Assembly: GCA_002269645.1 (NCBI GenBank)
Contig: NIVC01000414.1
Location: 124,001 to 188,000 of the forward strand
Direction: 5' to 3'
Source: Macrostomum lignano
Lineage: Eukaryota
DNA: 64,000 bases
Each line of letters starts with the position of its first letter. Position 1 is the first letter of the stretch. A program made the translations under genes and the position numbers. Below, in pieces: positions 37,601-49,516 of this stretch. Below the pieces are notes generated by a model, which saw only the letters and a program-made list of their open reading frames with translations, was not told where the DNA came from and searched no databases.

Positions 37601-38479
37601 CTCTTAAACAGATCAAGAGCAGCCCCAATTGTCATGGAAGCTGGTAGGTCAGACATGCTGCCAAGTGCCAGGCTGGAAAGTAAACTTAAGGGTAAAGCCA
37701 AGGTATATCAAACAAGACTATGTAAGCTTTTAAAAGCATTATCATTAAGACATTACAGTTGTATGTCAGTTGAATTAATTCTGAATGCTGAAAAGTTGTT
37801 ATATCTTATCATTTATATATAAATGCAATATTACTGCAATATTAGGTAGTGGCTATGTCATATGCATTCATGGATTATATGTATTCTTATATCAAAAAGT
37901 GTGCCCAATGAAAAGTCTTTTTTAGCTATAAAAATTTGAAAAAAATGGGAAAAAATAAGACCTCTGGCAACAAAATCCATCAAGAAATAAAAAAATTATA
38001 GCAAATTGATTTTCAAAAGTTACATAATCTCGGAAAAATGATCACAGTGCCCTATGGAAAAAATACATTACGAGCTAGTACAAAAAATGTAGCACAAAAT
38101 GTACCATAACTTTTTTAATACCCAACCAATTTTTATAAATGAAATGTCACCATGCTCATAAAGCATGGATCTATATGATGAAGTACAAAAAATGGCCTAA
38201 TTTTTAGTTTTAAAAACCTCACTGAAGTCCCTACCTAAACAAAAAAATATAGAAGCTTACTTCATTTAATCTTCGCTCAATGATCTTGCAGATGCGAGGA
38301 CAGATAGCGGCGCTATCTTTACGACTGAGGTAGCCGTCCACCATCCCGGTCAGGTTCCCGATCACATTCTTTTCTGGCGCCTTCAGAGTGTCGATTAAAG
38401 TCTTTTCGAAATCCACCAGCAGTTCGTCGACAGAGACCGCCGAGTTCTGCTCCTTCTCAATGCCTTGAGAAGCCAGCAT
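25612..38479 (-). CDS. PCF11: Pre-mRNA cleavage complex II protein Pcf11 (~1128 aa)
   Basis: complement(join(25612..26604,27798..28817,29633..30136,31813..32463,38261..38479)) = 3387 nt, all introns phase 0, GT-AG. CID domain (KLAHLYLMDSIVKNF...LRKTW...IDPAWP). Invertebrate-type middle domain (LGGPFHELIVHG). Zinc finger 1 YQCPQCGLRF...DHLDWH, Clp1-interacting segment RSRNWF, zinc finger 2 CGVCFETF...W...YHPVC. Confidence 0.95.
25630..26150 (-). repeat. Coding 24-bp tandem repeat (~21-22 octapeptides of DDAHTP-type) forming the Pcf11 C-terminal tail
   Basis: Plus-strand unit CATCGTCATCAGCCGGTGTATGAG; in frame in the last Pcf11 exon up to the TAA at 25612. Confidence 0.9.
26840..27760 (+). repeat. 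21-bp minisatellite built of 7-bp subunits, AATCCTTAATCCTCGAATCCT (Pcf11 intron 4)
   Basis: Directly visible. Confidence 0.95.
28925..29545 (+). repeat. 23-bp minisatellite GGGGCGATTCTTGTGGTAGTCTA (Pcf11 intron 3)
   Basis: ~26 units. Confidence 0.95.
30390..30870 (+). repeat. Degenerate 49-bp repeat (Pcf11 intron 2)
   Basis: GATTCCTAAATCCTAATTTTAGTTTCCTATGGAGTGGAACACTAAGGGC, about three near-perfect copies plus degenerate copies. Confidence 0.8.
33359..33806 (+). mobile_element. Internally deleted Merlin/ISXO2(IS1595)-like element, 448 bp, nested in the hAT 3-prime region
   Basis: 49/50-bp TIRs GGCGATCATGAACTTTCCCGCGTTTAATTATTTTTTATCTTGTTCGTAA (33359-33407 versus 33757-33806, one T indel). 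Flanking direct repeat TCATTAG (33352-33358, 33807-33813). The internal ORF 33435-33698 resembles the eukaryotic ISXO2 transposase N-terminus (AVQWLARHGLLRNSIDCPNCATAM), with no DDE core left. Confidence 0.8.
33925..37656 (-). CDS. DDE transposase (hAT-like, ~1137 aa if one frameshift is corrected) with a C-terminal Spin/Ssty-like Tudor domain
   Basis: complement(join(33925..34540,34606..35164,35260..36300,36382..37143,37222..37656)), with short 65-95 nt GT-AG introns. Motifs: MTDATS (D1), MTDRH (D2), CGMH (CxxH), FRGNR, DNVPGERVFG (E). A single 1-nt deficit lies in a GGG run at 34098-34100; restoring it gives ...ADGEQWEEGAV...YNLYSDFYAGDLNMLEDDD*. Confidence 0.85.
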
Positions 38480-39090
38480 TTTTGTATTTGATCCACACAG
38501 CAGACGAAAAGTAGCTACTTTGAAACAGTATAAAACGAACTCCTACAGGTATTAACTGACGAACAAGGAAATAAGTTACTCTTCCTCAAAAATGCTAAAT
38601 AAACAAAAGTTGAAATCTCTCATTTTGCTTTACAGCTAGTTGTAACCAATAGCAAAATTTAATATTTTTACTGTAAGAAAACAACTTAATTACTTATACA
38701 TGCTCTGCCGAAATAACTTGTTTATAGTTTCTTTTAACACCTTAAGCTAACGTTTTGTTAAGCTTTACTCTTTTGGAAAACAGCAACCCGGCAAAGATAA
38801 TTTTTTTAAATAGCAGACATCGTGCTTGACAAGATTGATTTAAAAGGAGACAATATCCCTATTAATTTTATTGATAGCTGACTAATAAAAACTTATTCGT
38901 TTTGTTACTATCACAAAATTTTACCCGTCTGTCGAGTTCTAATTTCAAGCTTTGAGAAAGCACTTACCTTCTAATCTAAGTTCTAATTGTGTTTTTCCCC
39001 ATAAACTGGTGAAAAGCAAAATTCAGTCTTGAAATTAATATTCATTTTATTTTAATATAACTAGAATCCAAAAGCGAAACTATCTGTAAA
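38480..39090. promoter_or_regulatory. Bidirectional promoter region between Pcf11 and NARFL
   Basis: The two start codons are divergent and 611 bp apart; the region is AT-rich and contains CCAAT near 38650. The TSSs are not determined. Confidence 0.6.
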
Positions 39091-39943
39091 ATGAGTAACT
39101 CATTGAATTCTGTAGTTCGACTGACAGACTTAAATGATTTTATAACACCTTCCCAGGTATGTTGCATGATAATAAAGAATAATATACCTTAATCAATGAC
39201 ATTGGCTTTAATAGGCCTATTTTACCTTTTATATTTTTAAAATTTCAAATGAATCAATTAGGCCTTATTAGTAGGCTTTATAGTCCTTCTAATAACAGTA
39301 TGGTCAGGTAATAATAATGTCATTCTTTTTAATAAGGTATATTGAATAAGGCAATTTTGCCTAGGTCTAAGATCTATTAAGGCCTAATTAAAATAATTTA
39401 AGGAAAGCAAATTATAAAAAATAAAATAATAATTTTGTTTAAAGGCTATAAGCTATGGAAACCCGCTGATTTTAAACCCAGGGAACTCCATTCCCTAGAA
39501 TTTTTTTGCATATATTCTAAAATCTAAGGTCAAACTCAAACAAAAATGTGTTAATAGTTAAGATAAAGTTAAACATAAAATAGTGTACATTCATGTAAAA
39601 TGAGGATTTGAAGCAAGCATTGATATTGTTAGCTGGGGTGCTACGCAGAATATTGGGGTATTAGGTTACACCAAATTCGTCAATATCTAATTTGTCAACA
39701 GACCTAAAATGTGAAAAATTGGAGGAAGTCGAATTCATCAACAGTTAAAACAAGCTGAGAGAATTCGTCAACAAAATGAGACAGAATTACTAAAAGTTGT
39801 TTTGTATCTTAATAATGTAAATTTCTTTTAAATTTAAAGATTTAGTATATAGAAAGATAGTATATTTGGAAGATTGAAGAGCCCTTATATATCAGAATAC
39901 ACAAACCCAACTTGAATGTGCAACTAGCTGGCAATGTATATAC

Positions 39944-39975
<32 letters not shown>

Positions 39976-42900
39976 TATTTCATTCCCTTCTTCTGACTCC
40001 TCTCTTTCCTTACTCCTCTCTTCTCTTCTCTCTTCTATACTCTCTCTTTTCTATTCTATTCTCTCATCTCTCTGCACTCTGCTTTCTCTTCCTTTATCTC
40101 TCATCTTTACTCTCTCATCTTTCCTTTCATCTCTCATCTTTACAATCTCATCTCTTTCTTCTCCTTTATTATATTATCACATAAAGCTCATAAAATAGAC
40201 CTAATTATCTCACTTGCAATTGTTATTCCCTATCCCAAGTTTGATTTTTTTAAAGCTAGCTTCTTGGTATCACCATAAGCAGAATAGCATATTATTTGTA
40301 TATCTAGGTTGCTTGGGCTTTACTTTGAGCTTAAGTTGACAGGCCCTTTATGTGTGCAACTTTTGTAATCTTTAGAAATTATTTACTAAACTCAAATCCA
40401 TGTACAAATTCATTTCTAATAATAAAACATAACTAGAAATAAACTAATAAACATTGAACAAGATGTCAAGTTTGAGCTAAGTCTAATAACTTAATTAGTT
40501 AAGTATATTTTACAAGTCTAATATGATAATTCATTAATTCTTTATTCTTATTCTTTCGTATTCTTATTCTTATTCTTTATTCTTAAATTCTTTAATATAC
40601 AACTTGAAAAGCATATAGTTTGATCTTCAACTGGCACCATTGTGCATTTCTAAGTACTATATTTTACCATTCTTAGCACTTATTGGCTAGGCTTATATGC
40701 ACCCTGAAAAAATGTTAATTTACTTAAAATAGGACTTATCTATTTTGACCTTTCTATTAGAGCCTCCTAGTTCAATTGGATGGTCAATGAGTACCTAGAC
40801 ACAAATGTCCCTAATGAAATTATGCCAATCAATGTATTTGATTTTGTGTTATTTTGGATTTATGCTAGAAAGCACTTTTTGGAATTGTGATTTTTACTTA
40901 TCCCCTCCATTTTAAAGGCCAAACCCCAAGGCGCAATGTAGTGCATATGCCCAACAATAAGTTAGGGTCACTGTACACTTCTCTGTGTGTGTATAGGTCT
41001 ATGAGTGCTTCCTCAATGAGAGTTGGCAAAATAGGTCATAATGCTTCTTGTCAGTTGTGTGACAATGTCAATTCAAATACACCAAGGTGCCCATAGCCCT
41101 CCTATCTCAAATCACCAACCCACTAAACCCCACCATCGCAGGAATGCATTAAGCCAGTCAGAGTTGACAAGAGCGTGGGTCGCACTGCCCGCATCCGCAT
41201 CGGAGAGGATGGGCAGTACACGGGGGTCACTGAGGATGGCAAGGAGTACCAGCTGCCGAAGGCTGAGATCACCCTGGCTGATTGTCTCGCCTGCAGTGGT
41301 TGCGTGACCTCAGCGGAGGCTGTGCTGGTTGAGCAACAAAGCCACACAGCGTTGTTGTCGGTTCTGCCTACCCTGCCAGCAGCTTCCAAAGCTTTGGTGG
41401 TGACCATCTCGCCTCAGTCCTGCTCAAGTCTGGCTGCCCGTCACCAAGTCAATGGCGGTTTCGCCGAATGCTTTCGCCGACTAGCCGCATTTTTAAAACT
41501 CCGTCTCGGCGCCAGGACTGTGCTGAACAGCTCGTCTGCTAGGAGCTTGTGCCTGGCTGAGATGGCTGAGGAGTTCTGTGACAGGTGGCAGCGGCGGGGA
41601 GATGATGGTCTTGAGAAGCGCCTGCCAATGCTGGCCTCGGCGTGTCCCGGTTGGATCTGCTATGCTGAGAAGACTCACCCGGCACTGCTGCCTCTGGTGT
41701 CAAGGGTTCGCTCTCCGCAACAGGTTGGTCTTCTTTAGTCTTTAGTCTGGAGTCTGATAATGAAAGATATGTCCGCTTGTAATTTAGTGTGGCAAATTGT
41801 TATATGGAGTATGGGATCAGCTGGATGTGTAGTGTGGGATGTGGGAATAGTATGTGGGACCTGGGAATGGAGTGTGGGATCTGAGAATGGAGTGTGGGAT
41901 CTGGGAATGCAGTGTGGGATCTGTGAATGCTGTGTGTGATCTGGGAATGGAGTGTGGGATCTGAGAATGGAGTGTGGGATCTGGGAATGGAGTGTGGGAT
42001 CTGGGAATGCAGTGTGGGATCTGGGAATGTAGTGTGGGATTTGAGAATGCAGTGTGGGATCTGGGAATGGAGTGTGGGATCTGGGAATGCAGTGTGGGAA
42101 CTGGGAATGCAGTGTGGGATCTGGGAATGCAGTGTGTGATCTGGGAATGCAGTGTGGGATCAGAAAATGCAGTGTGAGATCAGAAAATGCAGTGTGGGAT
42201 CAGAAAATGCAGTGTGGGATCTTTAGGTTTTGAGTGTGGGATCTGTGGGTTTAGAGTTTGGGATCTGTGTGCTTGGAGTGCGGGATCTGTGGGTTTGGAG
42301 TGTGGGATCTGTGGGTTTGGAGTGTGGGATCTGTGGGTTTGGAGTGTGGGATCTGTGGGTTTGGAGTGTCGGATAATAGGATCTGTGGGTTTGGAGTGTG
42401 GGATCTTTGGCTTTGGAGTGTGGAATCTGTGGGTTTGGAGTGTGGGATCTGTGGATTTGGAGTGTGGGATCTGTTGATTTGGAGTGTGGGATCTTTGGCT
42501 TTGGAGTGTGGAATCTGTGGGTTTGGAGTGTGGGATCTGTGGATTTGGAGTGTGGGATCTGTTGATTTGGAGTGTGGGATCTGTGGGTTTGGAGTGTGGG
42601 ATCTGTGGGTTTGGAGTGTGGGATCTGTGGATTTGGAGTGTGGGATCTGTTGATTTGGAGTGTGGGATCTGTGGGTTTGGAGTGTGGGATGATGGGATCT
42701 CTTAGCGCAACCGCTCTCCACCCCATAGGTATCGGGCGCGCTGGTCAAGCGGTGGCTCCCGGCCAAATGGAAGCGAAGCGAGGAGGACGGGGACACCCAG
42801 GCCGTCTCGGTGTACCACCTCACTGTTATGCCCTGCTTCGACAAGAAGCTGGAGGCCAGCAGAGACGACTTCGCCGATGCTGATGGCGAGAGAGACGTTG

Positions 42901-45887
42901 ACATGGTTCTCAGCACCTTGGAGATGGACTCGCTGCTCGAGGCTTACGGGGTGGCCATTGGAGACGACTCAGACTCGCTGTGGGCCAGCGCGGGACAGGA
43001 TTTAGATATGGAGTGAGTGTGGGGTCTCTAGTGTGGGATCTGGGTGGGATCTCTAGTGTATAGGATCTGGATGGAATATCTAGTATGGGATCTCTAGTAT
43101 GGGATCTGGATGGGATCTCCAGTATAGGATCTGGATGGGATCTCCAGTATAGGATCTGGATGGGATCTCTAGTATGGGATCTGGATGGGATCTCTGTTGT
43201 AGGATCTGGATGGGATCTGGATAGGATCTCTAGTATGAGATCTGGATGGGATCTCTAGTATGGGATCTGGATGGGATCTCTAGTATGGGATCTCTGTTGT
43301 AGGATCTAGATGGAATATCTAGTATGAGATCTGGATGGGATCTCTAGTATGGGGTCTGAATGGGGTCTCATGTCTTGGGCGTTGGATCTAGGTTTGGAAC
43401 ATCCAGGTAGATGTGATGCGTATACTTGGTGTAAATTAAAAACAGATTAAATATTTCCATACTGCTAGTGTCAGTAGGCTAATATGTCACATTTGCAGCT
43501 AGCTATGAATTCTAAATATTCTCCACCTTGTAGAGTTTGCATTTGAGCAGACTGATTCCCTGCTGACTGACTGTCAAAGAGGCGCCTCATTAATTTAATT
43601 ATCAGTTATTGACTCGGCATTGCTAATGAGGAAAATTGAACATGAAATCTGAGTGTGTCTTACTTTGAGCACTAGTTAACTTCATATTTGAACTGCTCAT
43701 TAGCGGCTAAATTCTAGGCATTTCGAGCTCGGCTGTTTTTGAAGCCGAATATCATTTTTTGGAAAGTCGATTTTTCCTGTGTAAGGAAATATCTGGTCAT
43801 TAGTTATTAATTAAGCCCGCTGTGCTCGCTAACCGAAGGTGCTAATTTCATGCTTTTTTATTTTTAGACATCTTTGTTTTTGTCTGGGTTTTAAGTAATG
43901 TTAGTTCATCATAAGAATTTATGAAATTGTGTTTTTTATGACGCACCTGTTGTAGATTGTACAGGAGACAACATTTATTCTTATGTAAATGGGGCGTTGT
44001 CAATATGGTGTGTACATTTAGGGGTTGTTGGCTAGGTGTTAATTGACGACTGGTCAATTAGTGGGAGGCTTGGTCAGGTAGGGTGTACATTGATGGCTGG
44101 CTAATTAGGGGGAGGGTTGGTTGGCTAATTAGGGGGAGGGTTGTCCAGGTAGGGTGTGCATTGACTGGGCTGGGGGCTGGGTAATTAGGGGGGAAGGGGT
44201 TGGAAGGGGTACATTCTGGGCAGATTAATTACTGATTTTGTCAAATTTTCAAATATCAACTTTGCAGTTTCGGCGACCCCCTGATCAGCCACGATGGCGG
44301 CGGCTCCGGTGGGTACCTGGACTGCGTCCTGAGGTTGTCCAGTCAGCGACTACTTGGGACCCAGCCTGAACTGCCGTTGAAGCTCACTTCGCTCAGGTGA
44401 GAATTTTATGTACCTGTTTTTTTCGGGTGAGCTTTCACATGAGATTCTCAGTTTCTGTATAATCTCAGGTGAGATTCCTAACTTCTTTGTAATCTCAGGG
44501 GAGATTCCCAGTTTCTCTGTAATCTCTGGTGAGATTCCCAGTTTCTTAAAAGTGCCTGCAAAATGTTTTCATTGTTTTTTCTGCTTTCAGGAACAAGGAC
44601 ATCCAGGAAATTGAGGTCACCAGCCCGTCTGATCCTGACAAGAAGTTGCGCTTTGCCCTGGCCTATGGATTTCGTAACATCCAAAATATTGTGCAGCAGA
44701 TTAAACGGAAGAAGTGCAAATACGATTTCCTGGAAATTATGGCCTGTCCGTCAGGTAAGAGGCCGATTGACGGGTTGAAAACATTGGTTCACCCGCACCC
44801 AAACCTAAACCCATCTATTCGAACCCATTCTGAACTACCCAAATCCATACTGAAACACCTGAACCCATCCTGAACTACCCAAACCCATCCTGAAATACCC
44901 AAACCCATCCTGAACTACCTAAACCCATCCTGAGCTACCCAAACCCATCCTGAACTACCCAAACCTATTCTGAACTACCCAAACCCATTCTGAACTACCC
45001 AAACCAATCCTGAGCTACCCAAACCCATTCTGAACTACCCGAACCCATTCTGAACTACCCGAACCCATTCTGAACTACCCGAACCCATTCTGAACTACCT
45101 GAACCCTTCCTGAACTACCCGAACCCATCCTGAACTACCCAAACCAATCCTGAGCTACCCAAACCCATTCTGAACTACCCAAACCCATTCTGAACTACCC
45201 AAACCAATCCTGAACTACCCAAACCCATTATGAACTACCCAAACCCATTCTGAACTACCCAAACCCATTCTGAACTACCCAAACCAATCCTGAACTACCC
45301 AAACCCATTATGAACTACCCAAACCCAGAACTACCCGAACCCATTCTGAACTACCCGAACCCATTCTGAACTACCCGAACCCATTCTGAACTACCCAAAG
45401 CCATTCTGAACTACCCGAACCCATTCTGAACTACCCAAAGCCATTCTGAACTACCCAAACCCATTCTGAACTACCCGAACCCATTCTGAACTACCCGAAC
45501 CCATTCTGAACTACCCAAACCCATTCTGAACTACCCGAACCGATCCTGAACTACCCAAACCCATCCTGAACTACCCAAACCCATCCTGAACTACCCGAAC
45601 CTATTCTGAACTACCCGAACTCACTCCAATCTGCCGCAGGCTGCCTGAACGGGGGCGGTCAGCTGCGGCCAGCCGATCCGGAGGCTTCCAGCCCAGCCGA
45701 GCTGCTGCAGGCGGTGTCCGCTGTGTACAGCTCCCTGCCTTCCATCGCGAACCCCCTGTCTGAGCCGGAGCCGCTGATGTCAGCCTGGCAGCAGTGGACG
45801 CCGGAGCAGCGGGCCGACTATCTGCACACCGAATATCACGAAGTGGAGCGAGTTGAAATCATCAACCCTATGGCTATTAAATGGTGA
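39091..45887 (+). CDS. CIAO3: Cytosolic Fe-S assembly component NARFL/CIAO3/Nar1 (iron-only hydrogenase-like, 490 aa)
   Basis: join(39091..39156,41142..41723,42729..43012,44268..44396,44591..44754,45640..45887) = 1473 nt, GT-AG, phases consistent. Motifs: LTDLNDFITPSQ|ECIKPV, ITLADCLACSGCVTSAE, LASACPGWICYAEK, TVMPCFDKKLEASR, HDGGGSGGYL, YGFRNIQN, EIMACPSGCLNGGGQ, LHTEYH...IKW*. Confidence 0.97.
41825..42690 (+). repeat. 20/22-bp GT-rich minisatellites (NARFL intron 2)
   Basis: GGGAATGCAGTGTGGGATCT units, then GTGGGTTTGGAGTGTGGGATCT units. Confidence 0.95.
43020..43375 (+). repeat. ~25-bp minisatellite GGGATCTCTAGTATGGGATCTGGAT (NARFL intron 3)
   Basis: Directly visible; shares the GGGATCT core with the intron 2 array. 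Confidence 0.9.
44790..45625 (+). repeat. 20-bp minisatellite AACCCATTCTGAACTACCC(A/G) (NARFL intron 5)
   Basis: ~41 units. Confidence 0.95.
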
Positions 45888-46279
45888 TGAGCAGTGGACA
45901 TCCTGTGGGCCGTGACTCTTTGAAGGCTTGAATTTGCTAATGCTGATTTCATTTTTTCAAACAGTTTTATTAATCTTTTTTATTGGAAGTCTTTCGTTCG
46001 CCTGATTAACGTTTTACGTTTTGCTTCCTTAGTAAATTGGCCATTCATATTGACTCTGTAGGTTGGCATTATGAATATATGATTATGATTATATTATGTA
46101 TTATACTTCTTCACTGGCATTGATTCGATTTTGTCCCTGTTTTGATCCTTTGTCGCAGAACAACATGCGAGTTTGAAATTTGGCTTTTTTATTTAATTTG
46201 AAGTCTGCTTTTTTGGAGATGGGTTGGTATTTCATCGACTGTCTTTGCCTGTGTGCTTGTCTGTGTCTGACTGCCTGTG

Positions 46280-46330
<51 letters not shown>

Positions 46331-46914
46331 ATGCCTGTCTGAATATATCTCAGTCTATCTCTGTCGCATAACATCCTTCGCTGAGCCGCTCCTCTCGTAC
46401 CTTCAGTTTGATTCACACCCTCAGCCAAGTCAATAAATTTCTCAATAAACAGGTTATTGTTAGGAAGTGAGGTCATAAACATCAGCACAAAGCCGAGAAG
46501 ACCGTGTTTTTTTTGTCGCGGCCCCTTCAGCGGCAGGCGTTGATTTCTCGCACCCTGGCTTTTGCGTTGTAAATCAATGACATCTCCAGGATGCAATCGG
46601 GCCTCAGCATAAAGCAGAAAGCCTTTGAGTGAAAAAAATATACGTAATGTTCATAAAACCTACCTTGGAGCCGTGGCCCTTGGCTGAGCTTCCTGCCTTT
46701 TAGCGGCCAAAATACTTTTCCACTTGTCGTCTGTGCAGTGCAAGCTCTCCTGCTAATAACACTCTGGCTCACTGTTTATGGGCTAGGAATCAAGGATTTG
46801 TTTATCCTAAAAAACCGCTAAATGCTCCGTTGCTGCTATCGCACTAGATATGCAAGTGCTTGAGGACTTCCTACACAAAGAAATTTCCTTGAGCTGTTGT
46901 CTGGACTTTTTCAC

Positions 46915-49516
46915 AACCACTGCCAAAGGGGTTACTCATCCACTGCCAAAGGAGTTACTCATCCACTGTCAAAGGGGTAATCATCCACTGTCAAAGGGGT
47001 AATCATCCACTGTCAAAGGGGTAATCATCCACTGTCAAAGGGGTTACTCATCCACTGCCAAAGGAGTTACTCATCCACTGCCAAAGGAGTTACTTATCCA
47101 CTGTCAAAGGGGTTACTTATCCACTGCCAAAGGAGTTACTTATCCACTGTCAAAGGGGTTACTTATCCACTGCCAAAGGAGTTACTCATCCACTGCCAAA
47201 GGGGTTACTCATCCACTGCCAAAGGAGTTACTTATCCACTGTCAAAGGGGTTACTTATCCACTGCCAAAGGAGTTACTCATCCACTGCCAAAGGGGTTAC
47301 TCATCCACTGTCAAAGGAGTTACTCATCCACTGTCATAGTGGTTACTCATCCACTGTCAAAGGAGTTACTCATCCACTGTCATAGTGGTTACTCATCCAC
47401 TGCCAAAGGGGTTACTCATCCACTGTCAAAGGAGTTACTTATCCACTGTCAAAGGGGTTACTTATCCACTGCCAAAGGGGTTACTCATCCACTGCCAAAA
47501 AGGTTACTCATCCACTGCCAAAAAGGTTACTCATCCACTGCCAAAAAGGGTAATCATCCACTGTCAAAGGGGTAATCATCCACTGTCAAAGGGGTTACTC
47601 ATCCACTGCCAAAGGGGTTACTCATCCACTGCCAAAGGAGTTACTTATCCACTGTCAAAGGGGTTACTTATCCACTGCCAAAGGGGTTACTTATCCACTG
47701 CCAAAAAGGTTACTCATCCACTGCCAAAAAGGTTACTCATCCACTGCCAAAAAGGGTAATCATCCACTGTCAAAGGGGTAATCATCCACTGTCAAAGGGG
47801 TTACTCATCCACTGCCAAAGGAGTTACTCATCCACTGCCAAAAAGGTTACTCATCCACTGCCAAAGGGGTTACTCATCCACTGCCAAAGGAGTTACTTAT
47901 CCACTGTCAAAGGGGTTACTTATCCACTGCCAAAGGGGTTACTCATCCACTGCCAAAAAGGTTACTCATCCACTGCCAAAAAGGTTACTCATCCACTGTC
48001 AAAGGGGTTACTCATCCACTGTCAAAGGGGTTACTCATCCACTGCCAAAAAGGTTACTCATCCACTGTCAAAGGGGTTACTCATCCACTGCCAAAAAGGT
48101 TACTCATCCACTGTCAAAGGGGTTACTCATCCACTGCCAAAGGGGTTACTCATCCACTGCCAAAGGGGTTACTCATCCACTGTCAAAGGGGTAATCATCC
48201 ACTGTCAAAGTGGTTACTCATCCACTGCCAAAGGGGTTACTCATCCACTGCCAAAGGAGTTACTTATCCACTGTCAAAGGGGTTACTTATCCACTGCCAA
48301 AGGGGTTACTCATCCACTGCCAAAAAGGTTACTCATCCACTGCCAAAAAGGTTACTCATCCACTGCCAAAAAGGTTACTCATCCACTGCCAAAAAGGGTA
48401 ATCATCCACTGTCAAAGGGGTAATCATCCACTGTCAAAGGGGTTACTCATCCACTGCCAAAGGGGTTACTCATCCACTGCCAAAGGAGTTACTTATCCAC
48501 TGTCAAAGGGTTACTTATCCACTGCCAAAGGGTTACTTATCCACTGCCAAAAAGGTTACTCATCCACTGCAAAAAGGTTACTCATCCACTGCCAAAAAGG
48601 GTAATCATCCACTGTCAAAGGGGTAATCATCCACTGTCAAAGGGGTTACTCATCCACTGCCAAAGGAGTTACTCATCCACTGCCAAAAAGGTTACTCATC
48701 CACTGCCAAAGGGGTTACTCATCCACTGCCAAAGGAGTTACTTATCCACTGTCAAAGGGGTTACTTATCCACTGCCAAAGGGGTTACTCATCCACTGCCA
48801 AAAAGGTTACTCATCCACTGCCAAAAAGGTTACTCATCCACTGTCAAAGGGGTTACTCATCCACTGTCAAAGGGGTTACTCATCCACTGCCAAAAAGGTT
48901 ACTCATCCACTGTCAAAGGGGTTACTCATCCACTGCCAAAAAGGTTACTCATCCACTGTCAAAGGGGTTACTCATCCACTGCCAAAGGAGTTACTCATCC
49001 ACTGCCAAAGGAGTTACTCATCCACTGTCAAAGGGGTAATCATCCACTGTCAAAGGGGTTACTCATCCACTGCCAAAGGAGTTACTCATCCACTGCCAAA
49101 AAGGTTACTCATCCACTGCCAAAGGGGTTACTCATCCACTGCCAAAGGAGTTACTTATCCACTGTCAAAGGGGTTACTTATCCACTGCCAAAGGGGTTAC
49201 TCATCCACTGCCAAAAAGGTTACTCATCCACTGCCAAAAAGGTTACTCATCCACTGTCAAAGGGGTTACTCATCCACTGTCAAAGGGGTTACTCATCCAC
49301 TGCCAAAAAGGTTACTCATCCACTGTCAAAGGGGTTACTCATCCACTGCCAAAAAGGTTACTCATCCACTGTCAAAGGGGTTACTCATCCACTGCCAAAG
49401 GAGTTACTCATCCACTGCCAAAGGAGTTACTCATCCACTGTCAAAGGAGTTACTCATCCACTGTCAAAGGAGTTACTCATCCACTGTCAAAGGAGTTACT
49501 CATCCACTGCCAAAAG
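46915..49516 (+). repeat. 23-bp minisatellite CCACTG(C/T)CAAAGGGGTTACTCAT, ~113 copies, with higher-order blocks
   Basis: The variant pattern at ~47543 recurs at ~48391 (offset ~850 bp). Confidence 0.97.

Larger units (their letters stand above)
32763..38233 (-). mobile_element. Autonomous-type hAT-superfamily DNA transposon (best fit the 7-bp-TSD hATw-like group), 5471 bp, in Pcf11 intron 1
   Basis: Left TIR TAGGGACTTCAATGAGG (32763-32779) and right TIR CCTCACTGAAGTCCCTA (38217-38233) match at 16/17. A perfect 7-bp TSD CCTAAAC lies at 32756-32762 and 38234-38240. The element encodes a DDE transposase. The subgroup name is from recalled Repbase conventions and needs checking. Confidence 0.9.
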
